A DNA stretch of 62,956 bases, counting the filler, from Choristocarpus tenellus KU-1152 (lineage: Eukaryota > Protista > Phaeophyceae), in the NCBI GenBank assembly GCA_964200185.2. It is 12 parts of 12 records of this genome, joined end to end, with 100 filler letters (N's around TTAATTAATTAA, not from the genome) between each part and the next. Parts side by side here need not be neighbours in the genome. Positions count along the whole stretch, not along the records: positions 19,401 to 24,270 come from CAXNAD020012716.1; positions 24,371 to 28,655 come from CAXNAD020015293.1; positions 28,756 to 33,573 come from CAXNAD020012945.1; positions 33,674 to 41,040 come from CAXNAD020006258.1; 8 more parts are not named here. The stretch is one strand, 5' to 3'. A program made the position numbers and the translations under genes. Positions within the stretch are counted from its first letter, which is position 1. The number at the start of each line of letters is the position of its first letter. This document shows, piece by piece, positions 24,244 to 36,700 of this stretch. The notes beneath the pieces are model-generated. The model worked only from the letters and a program-made list of their open reading frames with translations. It made no database searches and had not been told where the DNA came from.

Positions 24244-24370
24244 GTTGGTAGACTGGAAGGGGGGGAGGGGNNNNNNNNNNNNNNNNNNNNNNNNNNNNNN
24301 NNNNNNNNNNNNNNTTAATTAATTAANNNNNNNNNNNNNNNNNNNNNNNNNNNNNNNNNNNNNNNNNNNN

Positions 24371-24422
24371 ACCGAAAAGGGCACCCCGGTGTAGACCCCC
24401 CCCCCCCCAGACACTTTGGGTC
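24371..24422 (+). mobile_element. MITE right end (poly-G/C subfamily), partial
   Basis: ggtgtagacccc...cccagacactttgggtc, matching the right end of 34138-34320. Confidence 0.75.
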
Positions 24423-24499
24423 TCAGCATGACGTTTAAGGTTTTTTTCGTCTACATATATACCAATACCGTTCTATACATAATCCATGATACCTACCTC

Positions 24500-25102
24500 C
24501 CAGTTTGTGTACCACACAGGCAAGCAGCCTCCCATCTACCGCATTCATTCACCAGCAATGGTGTAGCTGCTGCTGCTGCAGCGGAGGCGCGGAAGTGCAC
24601 CCACTACAAGGGTTCTTTTGACCCTCGTAGATTTAACCTCAACACCTTCACGGTGGAAAGGTTTGGGCACCCTGGTAAGCAAGCAGAACGGTTTCTGGGT
24701 GAGTTGGCTATGCACACGGTAGGGGGGAGAGGGGCAAGATGCTACAGCAGGAAAGGAACTGTCAAATCCCGCTTATGATAGATAATGTCTATCACAACAC
24801 AGTGGCTCTATCAAGACATGTCATACGTTTTAGGGCTGGAGACAATAGGGAGATAAGTAAGGAGGGGCCTATCAGATTCTTGGGATGCTTCCCTAACTCC
24901 TGGCCCTGGGGTGTAAGGCTAGGCTATGTTGGAGACATAGCAGGGGAGTGGTGTAGCATAGCTATAGCTGATAGTCAAGAAGTAGATAGATTTTAGTGAT
25001 AAGATCTTTCACATTTGCGAGAACTGTTACTTTTGCAGGGGTTGTTATGATATCGAATTGGCCTTTCCCCTGACACATCTGCAAAAATTCAGAGGGCATA
25101 TC
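24500..25102 (+). mobile_element. CRE-like non-LTR retrotransposon 3' end, copy 2
   Basis: AAAAAAEARKCTHYKGSFDPRRFNLNTFTVERFGHPGKQAERFLGELAMHTVGG. The 3' tail tttcccctgacacatctgcaaaaattcagagggcata is followed by (TA)n. Confidence 0.82.
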
Positions 25103-25131
25103 TATATATATATATACATGCTCTATATTTT

Positions 25132-25485
25132 TATGCCCTCTGAAAGTTCCAGATATATCGAGGGAAAAGCCAACTCAATATCATAAGAACCCCTGTTATA
25201 TATTATCATACTCTCTGACATTTTCCAAACGTGTCAGGAAAAGTCAATTCAGTATCATAAGAACTCCTCTACAACTAGCAGTTGTCGTAGATCTATTATT
25301 TAATGGCCTCTCTCATTTAGCAGATGTGTCAGGGAATAGTCACTTTGTTGTATTGTTTTCAAACAGTGAATATTTTTCTTAACGGCAACTCGTATATTGA
25401 CAACGACTGGTATAGTTGCTGTACTCCTTGTGATTTTGGTTTGGCTTTTTCCTTGACACATCTGCAAAGTGTCAGGGCGCATAAT
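25132..25485. repeat. Cluster of ~40-65-bp 3'-tail fragments of the CRE-like element in both orientations
   Basis: Tail copies at ~25132-25195 (-), 25208-25270 (-), 25303-25342 (-) and 25425-25485 (+). Confidence 0.7.
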
Positions 25486-25651
25486 ATAATAGATACATTA
25501 TTTTGATGTACTCAATACTACATACCGTCTTCGTTTCTTTCACAGTCATCCCACCATTCCCCCACACTAGAGATTCTATGCTAGAGGGCATGTGATAGTT
25601 GTGCAATATTGACTAGTAGTCTATATGGTTTGTAGTGTAAAAGTGAATGAA

Positions 25652-25724
25652 GTAATGTAACTTGAACTTACAAGCGATTGACGTAGTGTAACTTGAACTT
25701 ATAAGTGACTGACGTAGTGTAACT
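25652..25724. repeat. 31-bp tandem repeat, ~2.4 units
   Basis: gta(a/g)tgtaacttgaactta(c/t)aag(c/t)ga(t/c)tgac. Confidence 0.8.
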
Positions 25725-26399
25725 GTCACAAACATGTTTAAACATATCTCTGACGTGTTTGATGACGAATGAATTAGATAACAAGGGAGAGCACCACCCC
25801 NNNNNNNNNAGGATAGTGCCCACTCCGCTAATAAACATATCCATACCACACAAAGCAAATACTCTACTTGAGTAGCTCTCTTTTGCATAATAGTCACCTC
25901 CATGCCAAGGTATACCATTGAAGTGCAAGAAAGGGGGGCGATGCAAAGGAAGGGGAAGGGGAAGACCCAGAGGAGTAATGGGAAATTGGAGAGAGACAAG
26001 TCAGAAAGACAAGGAGGTCTTAGAATGTTACTCAGAAAATAACTAACGAAGTGAATGAGCGAGGCTTGGAATAGTTCCACTCAACATCCTGATATGGATG
26101 TCATCATCAGGTAGGAATACTGATATCATATGAGGTAGCAAACTCAGAGGTATTCCTTGCAAAGCAAGAGTACAGCGAAACACACCTTGCCATGAAGCTG
26201 GTCGTCACAGGAATAGTAGTATACATATATATATTCCATTGTGATAGATCTCTTGACCCTCATTATTCTAATCTCAACAAGTTCGTGGTGGAGAGCTTTA
26301 TCCGCCTTGGTTAGCAAGAAGAGGGTTTCCTGGACGAGCAGTAGGGGGGGAGCAGGGTGAGCCATATTGCTGAGAAGGGGCTATCAATTCTCGTTTGAG

Positions 26400-26768
26400 A
26401 CAGACAGTGTCCGTCATTGTACAAGTGAGTCTCTCAACACATGTCATCCGTTTCTAGCTTAGCACGCTGGGCAACTGGCCAAGAAGGGGTCTGACAGATT
26501 CTTGGGATGTTTTCCTAGTTCCTTGTTCACATTCGGAAGGGCTAGGGAAAAAGCATAGGAATGCCTACACATTACTCAGTAGAGACATGATTTCCAAGGG
26601 GACATTGTTGTATTATTTTGTAAAAGCATACTTCAATATATATTTTTATGGATGTGTTTAGCATTGACAAGTACCTATTGTTGTATCTACAATACCTGTC
26701 ATACAGTTTTGATCTTGTTCCCCCCCCCCACCCCCCTGATACATCTGTAAAACACCAGAGGGCATAAT
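26400..26768 (+). mobile_element. CRE-like element 3' fragment, copy 3 (degenerate)
   Basis: acatgtcatccgttt...gaaggggtctgacagattcttgggatgttttcctag matches ~24815-24900. It ends in cccctgatacatctgtaaaacaccagagggcataata. Confidence 0.65.
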
Positions 26769-27522
26769 AATTGGTGATCGGTACGATGCCTTCCACCATA
26801 GCCAACTACATTATACCACAACACATCTAGAAAAAAAAATCAAGATTTATTACTTTTGGTGTGTGTCACCCTATGACATTTTCTAGATGTTGCCGTGAAG
26901 GGGATAAGATACATAATCAGTCCTATTGGAAGTACATGAGTTTTGCTTTTATTCGTTCTTGTTTTACCCCAGTAGAAATAGATAGTCGCTTGCATTTGCA
27001 GCTGTCCATTTCTAGTTTTTCAACTTCATCACTGCGACAAATGACAAGCACACCCAACCCATTTTTTTTGTATATTTTCAACTTCAGACATAACACTATC
27101 TAGTCCTACGTACCAAATTTTATGAGGACTTTCATGTGGGATGTGAGCCAGCCATCTATAGTGTTGATTTCATGTTTTTTAAAATCTAGTCCTACCATAA
27201 CAACCATGGTCAATGCCACACATATGCACACATTTCTCAGCTACTCCGGAGTGCATAGTTATACTCCTACACATATTGTAACTTCGAACATCACACCACA
27301 CCATACATCACCAAAGGTTTATGCCAAACACGTACACTCCACGCAACCAATAGGTTTATGCCCCTACAGCTACCTGTCTCACTTCCAAACAACATTATAC
27401 TGTGCACTACTGCGCACACAAATATAATGCCACGCACATACACACTTTTCTCCAGTCAAGAAGTCCTACCTCTACAGCTGTCTCAACTTCCAACCACCAC
27501 ACTATGCCATTCATAACCAAAA

Positions 27523-27781
27523 GAGCCAAAGTATCTTAGAGGGTAGAGTTGCGTCCATTTGTGGATCAAAATTCAATGTCGCGATTTTGATGTAATTTTG
27601 GTTATCCTGTTTGTTAGGAAGTGTCAATATCTATGTTTCGGACACACCTTTTCATAATGTGTACATTTTACCTACTCCTAAACATTTTGAGGTAGGAAAA
27701 CGTCATAAAAAACCTCCATTGGATCCAGGCCCCAAATGGACAAATAGGGCAAAACTCGTACCCTCTAAGATACTTTCACTC
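27523..27781 (+). mobile_element. MITE, GAGTCAAAGTATCT family, complete copy
   Basis: TIRs GAGCCAAAGTATCTTAGAGGGTA / TACCCTCTAAGATACTTTCACTC; flanks AAA/AAA. Confidence 0.92.
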
Positions 27782-27869
27782 AAACTGAATTATGAAGAAC
27801 GCATCCACAACTAAGCGTTATACCACTGCACCTAGCTGTCTCACTTCCAAGCATCACCACACTGCATCA

Positions 27870-28300
27870 TGACCCAAAATGGTTTCCGCTTTCCATCTGT
27901 AAGTTCCCCAAACATTAACACCTTTGGGAAGTGCTCATCCTCGACACACTCAACTAATCCTGTAAATAGTAGGCTCCGATTTTGCATAGTTACCTTGATA
28001 ATCTCAGACACAGTCTGCACAAGGGCATCTTTGTGGGATAATGTATAATCAGTGCGTTCCTGTTTGCAAAATGCGACGCAGCGGAAGTTTTGATGATGAG
28101 AATGAAGTTTCGCACTTAGTGGTTCTGGTGGAGAGCAGAGTGTCTATATCACACAGCCATATGACAGGACCTCAAGTATTTCCATATCGAGCATCCAAAC
28201 CTCAAGCTCAAGTACTAAACCCGTGGTTCTCTCATAAAGCACTTAGCTGTAATTCCTTGCGGGAAACTCATTAGACATCTTGTCACAGGCGATGGGATTT
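27870..28300 (-). mobile_element. RTE-clade LINE remnant (post-RT region)
   Basis: Minus-strand translation ...LEVLSYGCVI*T...RTDYTLSHKDALVQTVSEIIKVTMQNRSLLFTGLVECVEDEHFPKVLMFGELTDGKR fits the RTE pattern LLYGC.TW...LPK..MFGEL..G.R. Confidence 0.75.
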
Positions 28301-28377
28301 TATGGCTGTTGGTGATGACGAGGTATTAGGAGTTTACTAATAAGCAGGGTTTTCTTCAGACTGGCAGATTGTGTTAG

Positions 28378-28655
28378 AGGCGAATAGCGCGAGCTTTTCT
28401 TCTTATATTTCAACGAAGTGCAAACGTTTGTTACACGCGAATAACACGAGCATTTTCTTGTTAGGTTTCAGGAAATACGAACATTTGTAACAGACGTAGA
28501 GTGTGAAGATTGTTTCTCGAGTTCTAACAAGTGCGAACTATATACGATATTAGTAACACATACAGGTTAACCTTACAGAATAAGTGATTATTTTAAGGAG
28601 ATGCAGAGTAAGATTCGGAATACCTACGTAACATTACAGAGGAAAATGTCAAAGT
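28378..28655. repeat. Dispersed repeat with internal ~50-bp subrepeats (see 13798-13960)
   Basis: Direct sequence similarity to 13798-13960; the gcgaata(g/a)c(g/a)cgagc motif is repeated internally. Confidence 0.75.
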
Positions 28656-28755
28656 NNNNNNNNNNNNNNNNNNNNNNNNNNNNNNNNNNNNNNNNNNNNT
28701 TAATTAATTAANNNNNNNNNNNNNNNNNNNNNNNNNNNNNNNNNNNNNNNNNNNN

Positions 28756-31720
28756 AGGGAAGGAGAGGGAGGGAAGAATGTGGGTGGGTGGGAGGGAGGA
28801 AGGGGAAACAATAAAGGAGATAAGCGAGTTCAAGCAATTCCAGGCTCTGTCGAAAGACGTAGCTAAACTAACGGAAAGGATGGACAAGGTGGAAATTCTT
28901 AGAGGGCTATACCAAACAAGTACATCAGGATGATTTGACGGGAACAGAGGGAGGGGAGGAGAAGGAAAAACAACGAATGGGGAAGGGTCGATGACCTGGT
29001 CGACAATGGCAGAGAAGATGAAAGAAAAATCACTGATCCTAGCCTGGAAGGTCAATGTGAGAAAATATTTCGTCCTCTTGGGGTAAATTCCCCTATTTAT
29101 CCAAGCCGGCGACACCAAGGCCACACGGACTGAACCACAACGGATAGACGATGAGAAAGTCAGCATTTCCGAAATGGTGACTGAACTGGAGAACATGGAA
29201 GATTTTAATATAAAGGAATTCATACCCAGATGAGATTTGGGGAGGCGGACAAGTAAAGGAGACTACAAATTGCCAGATAATTTCGACTACTGCGTCGCAG
29301 CAGTGAGAGAAATATGCAAATATGGAGAAGGTTGGACGCTGGGAAGAGGAAAACGGAGAAAGTGGTGGGGGAATTGGAAGAGGCGAGATATAAGGTATAG
29401 ACGTTTTATGGGGCGAACAAACCCACAATTTAATCGAACATCCACGGATTGTAGACTTGGTGTATGGGGCAGTGGGGGTGGACCTCGAAGTTTGGGCAAA
29501 ACAAATTGCGACAGCAGCAGACATTGCTGGAAACAAATTTAACGCCCCCCCATCCCCCGATACACTGATACCACCCCCCCCCCTGCCTCGTTTTACGAGT
29601 CTCGAGACTATAAAAAGCCAGGCATACAACATGCTGCTTACTCTGTATGGCGCCGAGTCGCAGTCAAGATCAATGAAGAGGGTGGGTCTGTGGGGAGAAC
29701 AAAGGTTGTCGAAATCTCCACGACGAGACGATAGGAGCAGGGAAGGATCATTGAGCGGGAAGGGGAGGGCTTACAACCCGTGTTACGCTTTTCAAGCAAG
29801 GAAGGAGCGCGAATTCCTGAAGAAAGAAGGGTTTGTCAAATTTGACCATTTTCCTAGAAGGGGAGGGAGATATGGAAAAAGGGGACGAGAATCAGCCTGA
29901 CGCAGATCTTGATTCTGGTCACTCTTCTAACAATCGCTTCAGCCCCCACAACTTTCCATCCAGTCAAGCAATCGTCATTGTCTCAGTTTCTAACTTCCAT
30001 CCCACCACCACCTGTGTGGTATGCCATCCCGTCAACCTTTTAGCTGACAGAATAGGGGGATCCTCTGCCTTTCTCTGCCCTAACAATCGTATGTGGTCCA
30101 AAAATAAGGAGTTTGTTGCCGACTTCAATCTCCTCCCATCCTGAAACCATTGGGCCTCTCGAAAAAATAATGTCATCTGCATACACCCTCGCAAAAAAAG
30201 GGTCATCTATCCCCCTCCCCCTACCACTTCGGGAACTTTCCACGTCTTATCTAATTCACAAACCTCCCTTCTACCCCTTTACCGCGAGTGACTTACTCCC
30301 GTAGTCATGTCTTCCACTGCCTCGAGTACTACTGCCGAGTGGGGTTCTGTGTGACAATGGGAAAATCCTAGAGCACCTGACATGAGGTCCCACCACCCTG
30401 GGCTAGTCTTCCAACCAAACTGGAGTCTAAAATCAATCATTGTCATATCTTCAACGCAGTACCGAAACCTTGCTGCCCCCCTTGGTTCCACTGGGACTTG
30501 ACGAAAGGCATCCTTGACATCCATCTTACTTATAAGATTCTCGCCCCAGGAAACTTCTTCCTAAGCCCTACAATCCTCTTAATCACGTCCCCCAATACTG
30601 TTCCACAATGCACGGGGGGAGAATCTTTCAGATCTGTTTGTTCATTCACACTTGGACCCCAACTCTCTTGCTGATACGACAAATCATGAATGATCCTCAA
30701 ATTCGTTGGTTCTTGGATTACACCAGCTGGGGACAACTGCAAACGTGGAATCTTTGCCCATACCCTTTTTGGGAACACCAATGCTCTACTGAATCACATC
30801 CCCCACTATTTTTTCTAAAAGTGCTTTGCTATGACTACTTGCGCTCCTATGTTTGCCATACTTTAACCTCCCGTCAACTCTACCTTACCCTTTAACATCT
30901 ACTGGTACCCCTGTTTGAACAACCTGCGGGAGTCTCTCTATCTATGGGAATCCTAACTTCTTCCCAAAATGACCATCAATCCCTTCCCAATTCAAATGTT
31001 CAGGGCCCCATCTCTTATCCAGCCTACCCACCACTTTCCCCAAGTCGCCCCCACACTCGTCAAGTAACACCTCTCCCCTGCTTGCTGGATCATTCAACTC
31101 CGTCACTGCAAACTCTAGTCTTTCCTCTCTTTTCATCCTCTTCCAAACCCAAAACCACTCCTAAACTTCATCATTCCTTTTCTCTTCCCCACTCTCTCTA
31201 CCTTTGATTGGCCGGTGTAAAGACCCTGGCCTTGTAATCCCTGTCGTCCATTGTGCATGTTGTGGTAGTACTGAACTCCACTGGTCCCGCTTTGCCAGCC
31301 CATCCCTCCCAGGGATGAGCTTGCATCCTCTGGGGTCCTTCGTGAAGACTTGTATATAGGTGGAGGTGGGTGGTAAAAGAGGCCTGGCAGAGAAAGGGGG
31401 AGATTTGAGTTCCCCCTTCATGGATTTTGTGATAAACTACCAGTGGTGACATTGTATTCAGATGCGTGCTTTACAGCAGGAGGATACAATATGGAGACGG
31501 GTAGGTGGTGGAGGTATGGTTTCCCAGAGTGTGTGAAGAAGGATATCTCACGGAATGTAATAAAAGGAGAGGGAGGGAGTATATCAATCAACGTATTAGA
31601 ATTATTGGGGATGGTAGTGCATGCGTGGTTATTGGTATTGAAGATAGTGGAGAGGGCATAGAACAAGGGAGACCCAGTACTGTTGAGAGGAGACATCAAC
31701 TCTGCAGTTCAGTGGAAGAC
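28756..31720. mobile_element. Degenerate Ngaro/DIRS-type retrotransposon, copy 2, with internal inversion
   Basis: gag on + (28756-29897: KGDYKLPDNFDYCVAAVREICKYG, ADIAGNKFNAPP, YNPCYAF). RT on - (~31342-29898: KMDVKDAFRQVPV, FRLQFGWKTSPGWW, VYADD). DIRS-type RNase H on + (31343-31720: TLYSDA...INVLELLGMV...VLLRGDINSAVQW). Many stops and frameshifts. Confidence 0.88.
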
Positions 31721-33772
31721 GACAAACTGGAAGACGATGAACTCGAGATGATGAACCTGAGGACAATGATATTCCGTCTCTCTCACTCTCTTCATCCGTT
31801 TTGTCCATCTTGAACCAGATGTGATATAGGTAGTAACTCTGTAGCCCCAAGTACATTGCTGCGAACCACAACAGAGGGCAAATCAAAACACCAAGAATTC
31901 CGTTCAGATTTGCCTTGAAATTTGGTCAAGAATGGTCTGATCCACCCTCCGTTCAGAAATGCCTCAAAATTGCCATAATTCCCACTTGACATGATTATCC
32001 GTTTGGAAATGACCAAAAAAGAGAAAAAGCAAAACGAAGCGGGAGTGAAAACGTGCGTATATAGGAGATGGCCTAACACTCCTATAATTTCCTACACTCA
32101 GATTTTGTTCCCTTCTTGTTTCAAGATAATATTATAAACAGTATCACCCCTCTCTCCAAACGCCCTTTGTGGAATCCCCAGTTGTAGTCTACTCGGCGAC
32201 ATGATGTCTCTTCTAGTGTATCATGTTCACAGGTTCGATACAGGTTGGGGTCGCCCTCAACTTTTTGACGTTGACAACATGTACCTGTATATCGGTGGTT
32301 AGTGGCAGCGTATCGTATATCATGTATCGCATGTGACCACCACCACTTCTTGCTGTGGTAACAAGAACTGAACAAAAATAGATGCTGGTACTACTGATCC
32401 TCTTGATCTGTCTGATATGTGATTGGTGTGGATAACAATACTTGAAGTAACAAGATCAATTATGGGAATTTCCTCACAAAGGAGAGAGTGCTAACCTTTC
32501 CATATTTGATTCACGGTCATGTACACTGCACCATTTCTCTGTACCGTTGATAACCACTGCTACTGTAACAATCCCCGACACTTTAAACAAGCAAACTGCT
32601 GTCCTTCCCGCAAAATGCAGGGTATAGCCTCTGTTGTAACAAATCATTTCACAAAGGACACGGACGAGGTCCACGGAGGTACGGACATATCATACACACT
32701 ATCACAGTGATATTAACTCATGACATCAAGTCAAATAAAGATCATCTCAGAAAGAAGATAAGGAGTACAATATCTGACTAGATGATACCTGATATTCTTC
32801 GCACAATAGGGTCATCCATTCCACACGGCTTGACTCCTCTCTTCCCACAACTTACGTGGCCACACCTATATGATTCCCGATTGCAGCATTATATTTGAAT
32901 TTTAGTGATACCCACGAGGATATACTTGCACCACTATGTTGTGCTTGCCACATATTTCATTGGTATACTCCTATGTGGGAAAAAATCTCACATGATTTCA
33001 AAATCGATCAGGGCAGCTTGCATGATTACTAGGAGTTCGGCCTGACCATAGGTTGGTCAATGACCCAGCCTGTTAGCGGGTACTGTCGAAACAGATCATA
33101 CCTATGCATCAAAAATGTTTATTTCACAGGACAGACTTAGATAACACGGGTCAGGTCAACACAGTCAAGGGTACCAAATAACCCAAACTAGAAATGGGAA
33201 AAACTGATTTAACCTATACACATCCCTCCAGCCTCCCTATCTTACTGTCAAAAGTGGAAATTGGAATCAGACGAGTACTCATTGAACTGTATACTGGAGG
33301 TAAAGTGTATGTCACAAATAGCCCTCACAACAAACACTCCAAAAATTACCATGGAAGTGTATGAGGCCGCAGATACACTTACTGTCCCATCAAGATACAA
33401 TCTCTGACCACATTGTTCAGACATATCAAAAGACACTGATACCTGTCTGGCTATTGGACTGTGCACAATCAAATACTTCAACCGATGTGAACCATGAACT
33501 AGATAGAAAAAATAATGCTCCTGTCCACCTTTCAACACTGGTGCTCCACATTCCAACCCTAATAGAATGCGTANNNNNNNNNNNNNNNNNNNNNNNNNNN
33601 NNNNNNNNNNNNNNNNNTTAATTAATTAANNNNNNNNNNNNNNNNNNNNNNNNNNNNNNNNNNNNNNNNNNNNCCCCCCAGATACTTTGACCCTGCTGTC
33701 TCCTATCTCCCCTCTTAAGACCCTGTCTAACCCAAAGTTGGTTCTCTTGACTGTTGTTCAAGCTCCTATTAC

Positions 33773-36700
33773 CTTAACAGTGGCGAGAGGGCAGCGTCGT
33801 TGAAAGTCCCAGCAATGTAGGGCACAGTTGTTTCCTCCACTGACTAGGATAATACTGCCGTTGCCCTCTACGAACGCTAGAGCTAAGATCTCAGTATCCT
33901 GACCGTCATTGCCCTTGTGTGCACATCCAATACGAGAATCAACCTTGGGGATCTATGTGGTCAGTGGCAGGTACAGAAGGGCACAAGGGTGGGGACGATT
34001 GAAGGGGGCATGCTGGGGAGAGATCCTGTGAAAAAGGGTGTGTGGACAGGCAAAAGAGCCGTAGATAAGTAAGGAAAGCCTCCTGGGGGGTTGAATAGCA
34101 GGTCATAAAGGTGATAGCTTTCCAGGCGTACTCTATTGACTCAAAGTATATGGGAGGTGGGTGACAGCTGTCCATTTGGGGCCCATTTTTCCAAGTCGCA
34201 GTTTTTGGGTGATTTGATTGCATGCGTTGGGGATGGATAATGTAAGTGCACTTCTTCTGGTCTGGACCCAAATGGACACGCTGGTGTAGACCCCTCCACC
34301 CCCCCCAGATACTTTAAGCCATCCAAAGAAGTCAATTCTCAATGTCCATATACCATACAACGTATGGATTGTTGTGGATAGAGAGAACTGTGAACACGAT
34401 CCAACAACGACCACCGTGAAAGACAAGAGCAAATGACACTCTTCACTAGCATTCCAGTTAGAGAGCTCATCAAGTGTCAAAATGTGATTTGTGATTTTTA
34501 AAAAGGCAACGACTAATGGAGGGGGGGGGTCTATTGTGGGCGGCACTTGGTGTGAGCAAAAGGATATGCGTCATTATTTATTTTCGTTCCTTGGCTACAG
34601 GCAACCTTCATCTGCATTCATCCCTTGCACTGAAGGGGAGGTGATGCGCCTGCTCTCTCTGTCACCTGTGCATTGTGCACTCCGTCTTTGGCTTGGGCCT
34701 CCCAAAGTACAATGTCACCATTGTAGCAACCACTAGCAAAAAGAAGTGAGTTCTTGTTGTCACGGTGCGAGGCAAGGGCACTGACTGTATTGCTGTGCGC
34801 ACGGGACGATGTGCCTGCCCCAGTCTCCAGGTTCCAGAACCTCACACTTCCGTCGTCTATTCCTTTATTTTAGACATGTTGAGATCAGGAAAGAGTTGAG
34901 GGGACTGGAGAGAATGGCATCAGCAGTAGTGCTAAAATCACTCTTCTCTTGAATATGCTCCTTGTCTTTGGCAGTGTGCAACCCCTATCGCAATCCAATG
35001 AAGTGTTTTAAAGCAATTGTTTTCTAGAGTACTAAGTATGTAGCCTAGAGCCGTATTTCTTGAACAGAATATACACAAAGTTAAGATGGTAGCACCATTA
35101 CTGAAACAAACGATGGATGTGTCCCTACTGGGACAAGAATTTAATGCAATATAGCATCACCATCAATAGAGTTTCTGATCTCAAGCTATCCACACACTGT
35201 ATCCCCACACACTGCATCGTTTAAGGTATAGACTACACATGTCGGGAGATACAGTACCCTCTCACCAGTGGCAACAACAGAACCTCCCTGCAGCAAAGTC
35301 ATAGAGGCAATCTCTCCTGATGGCTGTCGCATGCAGTACTTCTCACTCATCCCCAAGCTCTCCCACACTCTCACTGTACAATCAAGAGAGGACGAGACAA
35401 GAAGAAAGTGAGTCTCTTTAGCTTCCCCTCCGTCCATCTTTGTATCACAGTTCCTCTTGCCATCCAGTTCGACTCCTTTTTCTTCCCCTATCTCTCGTCC
35501 TGATGCCTGGACCTCTTTTGAGACAACTCCGCTGTCACATTGGTCATGGCCTGAGTGAGAGGAAGTCGAAAACCGTTGCCCCTGGAAGTCTAGTGCTATA
35601 ACTGCATCCGTATGTCTGCCTAGTTCTGAGTACCCCTCCACCTTCACCTGACACAGTTGTTAGAATGTTTTTTGTAATGAGGATAGAGGTTGTTACAGAA
35701 ACAGGAGCACCAATAAAAGTTGAGAAAGTTGAAGGGGTGAAGACATATGTCGGACACCACCCTGTTCACTCTACCTCTCTCTCTCTCTCTCTTTCTCTCT
35801 CTTTTCCCCTCTTCACCCCTCTTAAACACCATTGTGTGCCTCATGATGGTGTAAGTGCAGAGGAAAAGGCCTTCTTGGTATGAAAGAAGTGTATGTGAGG
35901 GTGGAATGCTGGTCAGAGATATTGAAATACGGGGTGTGTGTTAAAGAACAAGTGGAGAAGGTGCTGGTCACACTGTGAAAGTTTAATTTAGTAAGACTCA
36001 GTGAGGGCAGGAGACAAGAGAAAGGATGCAAGGGGGGGGAGAACGATAGGAGAATACACACCATCTGCCAGCAGAAGATGCAGTCCTCACTAGGCGATAA
36101 GCCATACAAAACACCTTCCTCCTTGGACGAGTGAAATCCAAGCAATGCTGGAATACCCAGACCCCTGCGTGGACCAGTGGGTGCCACAGCCTTGGCGACG
36201 CGCTCTTGAAGCAAGCACTGTGTTTAAGAGAGACACATACATGAAGTGGTGGTCAAGACTTTGGCGAGGAATCAAGCTGGGCCATGATGGAGTTACAAAC
36301 ATTCTTGGACCAACCCAAGAAACCCCGAATTTGCACACTCAGATTGCTTGGGCTACATTTTCCGTTTTCCACTTACCGACTCAGAGTGAGTGTTCCATAA
36401 TTGCACCAATCCAGATGCATCTCCTATCAAAAGTAGCTCGTGAACAAGATCCCAGGCTGCCCCTGTAAATAGACAGTGATCACTGCTCTCAATTACCATG
36501 AAAGTTGTACCCTGATGGAATTGGTTGATAGTATGTGTATGTTGAGACAGGTTGGATTTGATAGGCCTGGAATTGCCCTTGCCAAGGGAAATATCCTGAT
36601 AAGTATACTGTGCACAGCAACAGACCCAGTCTTCACCTGGAGGTAGTCCAGAATCCTGCAAGCCCTGTCGTTGCCAATGCTGATCAAGAAGTTATGCTCA

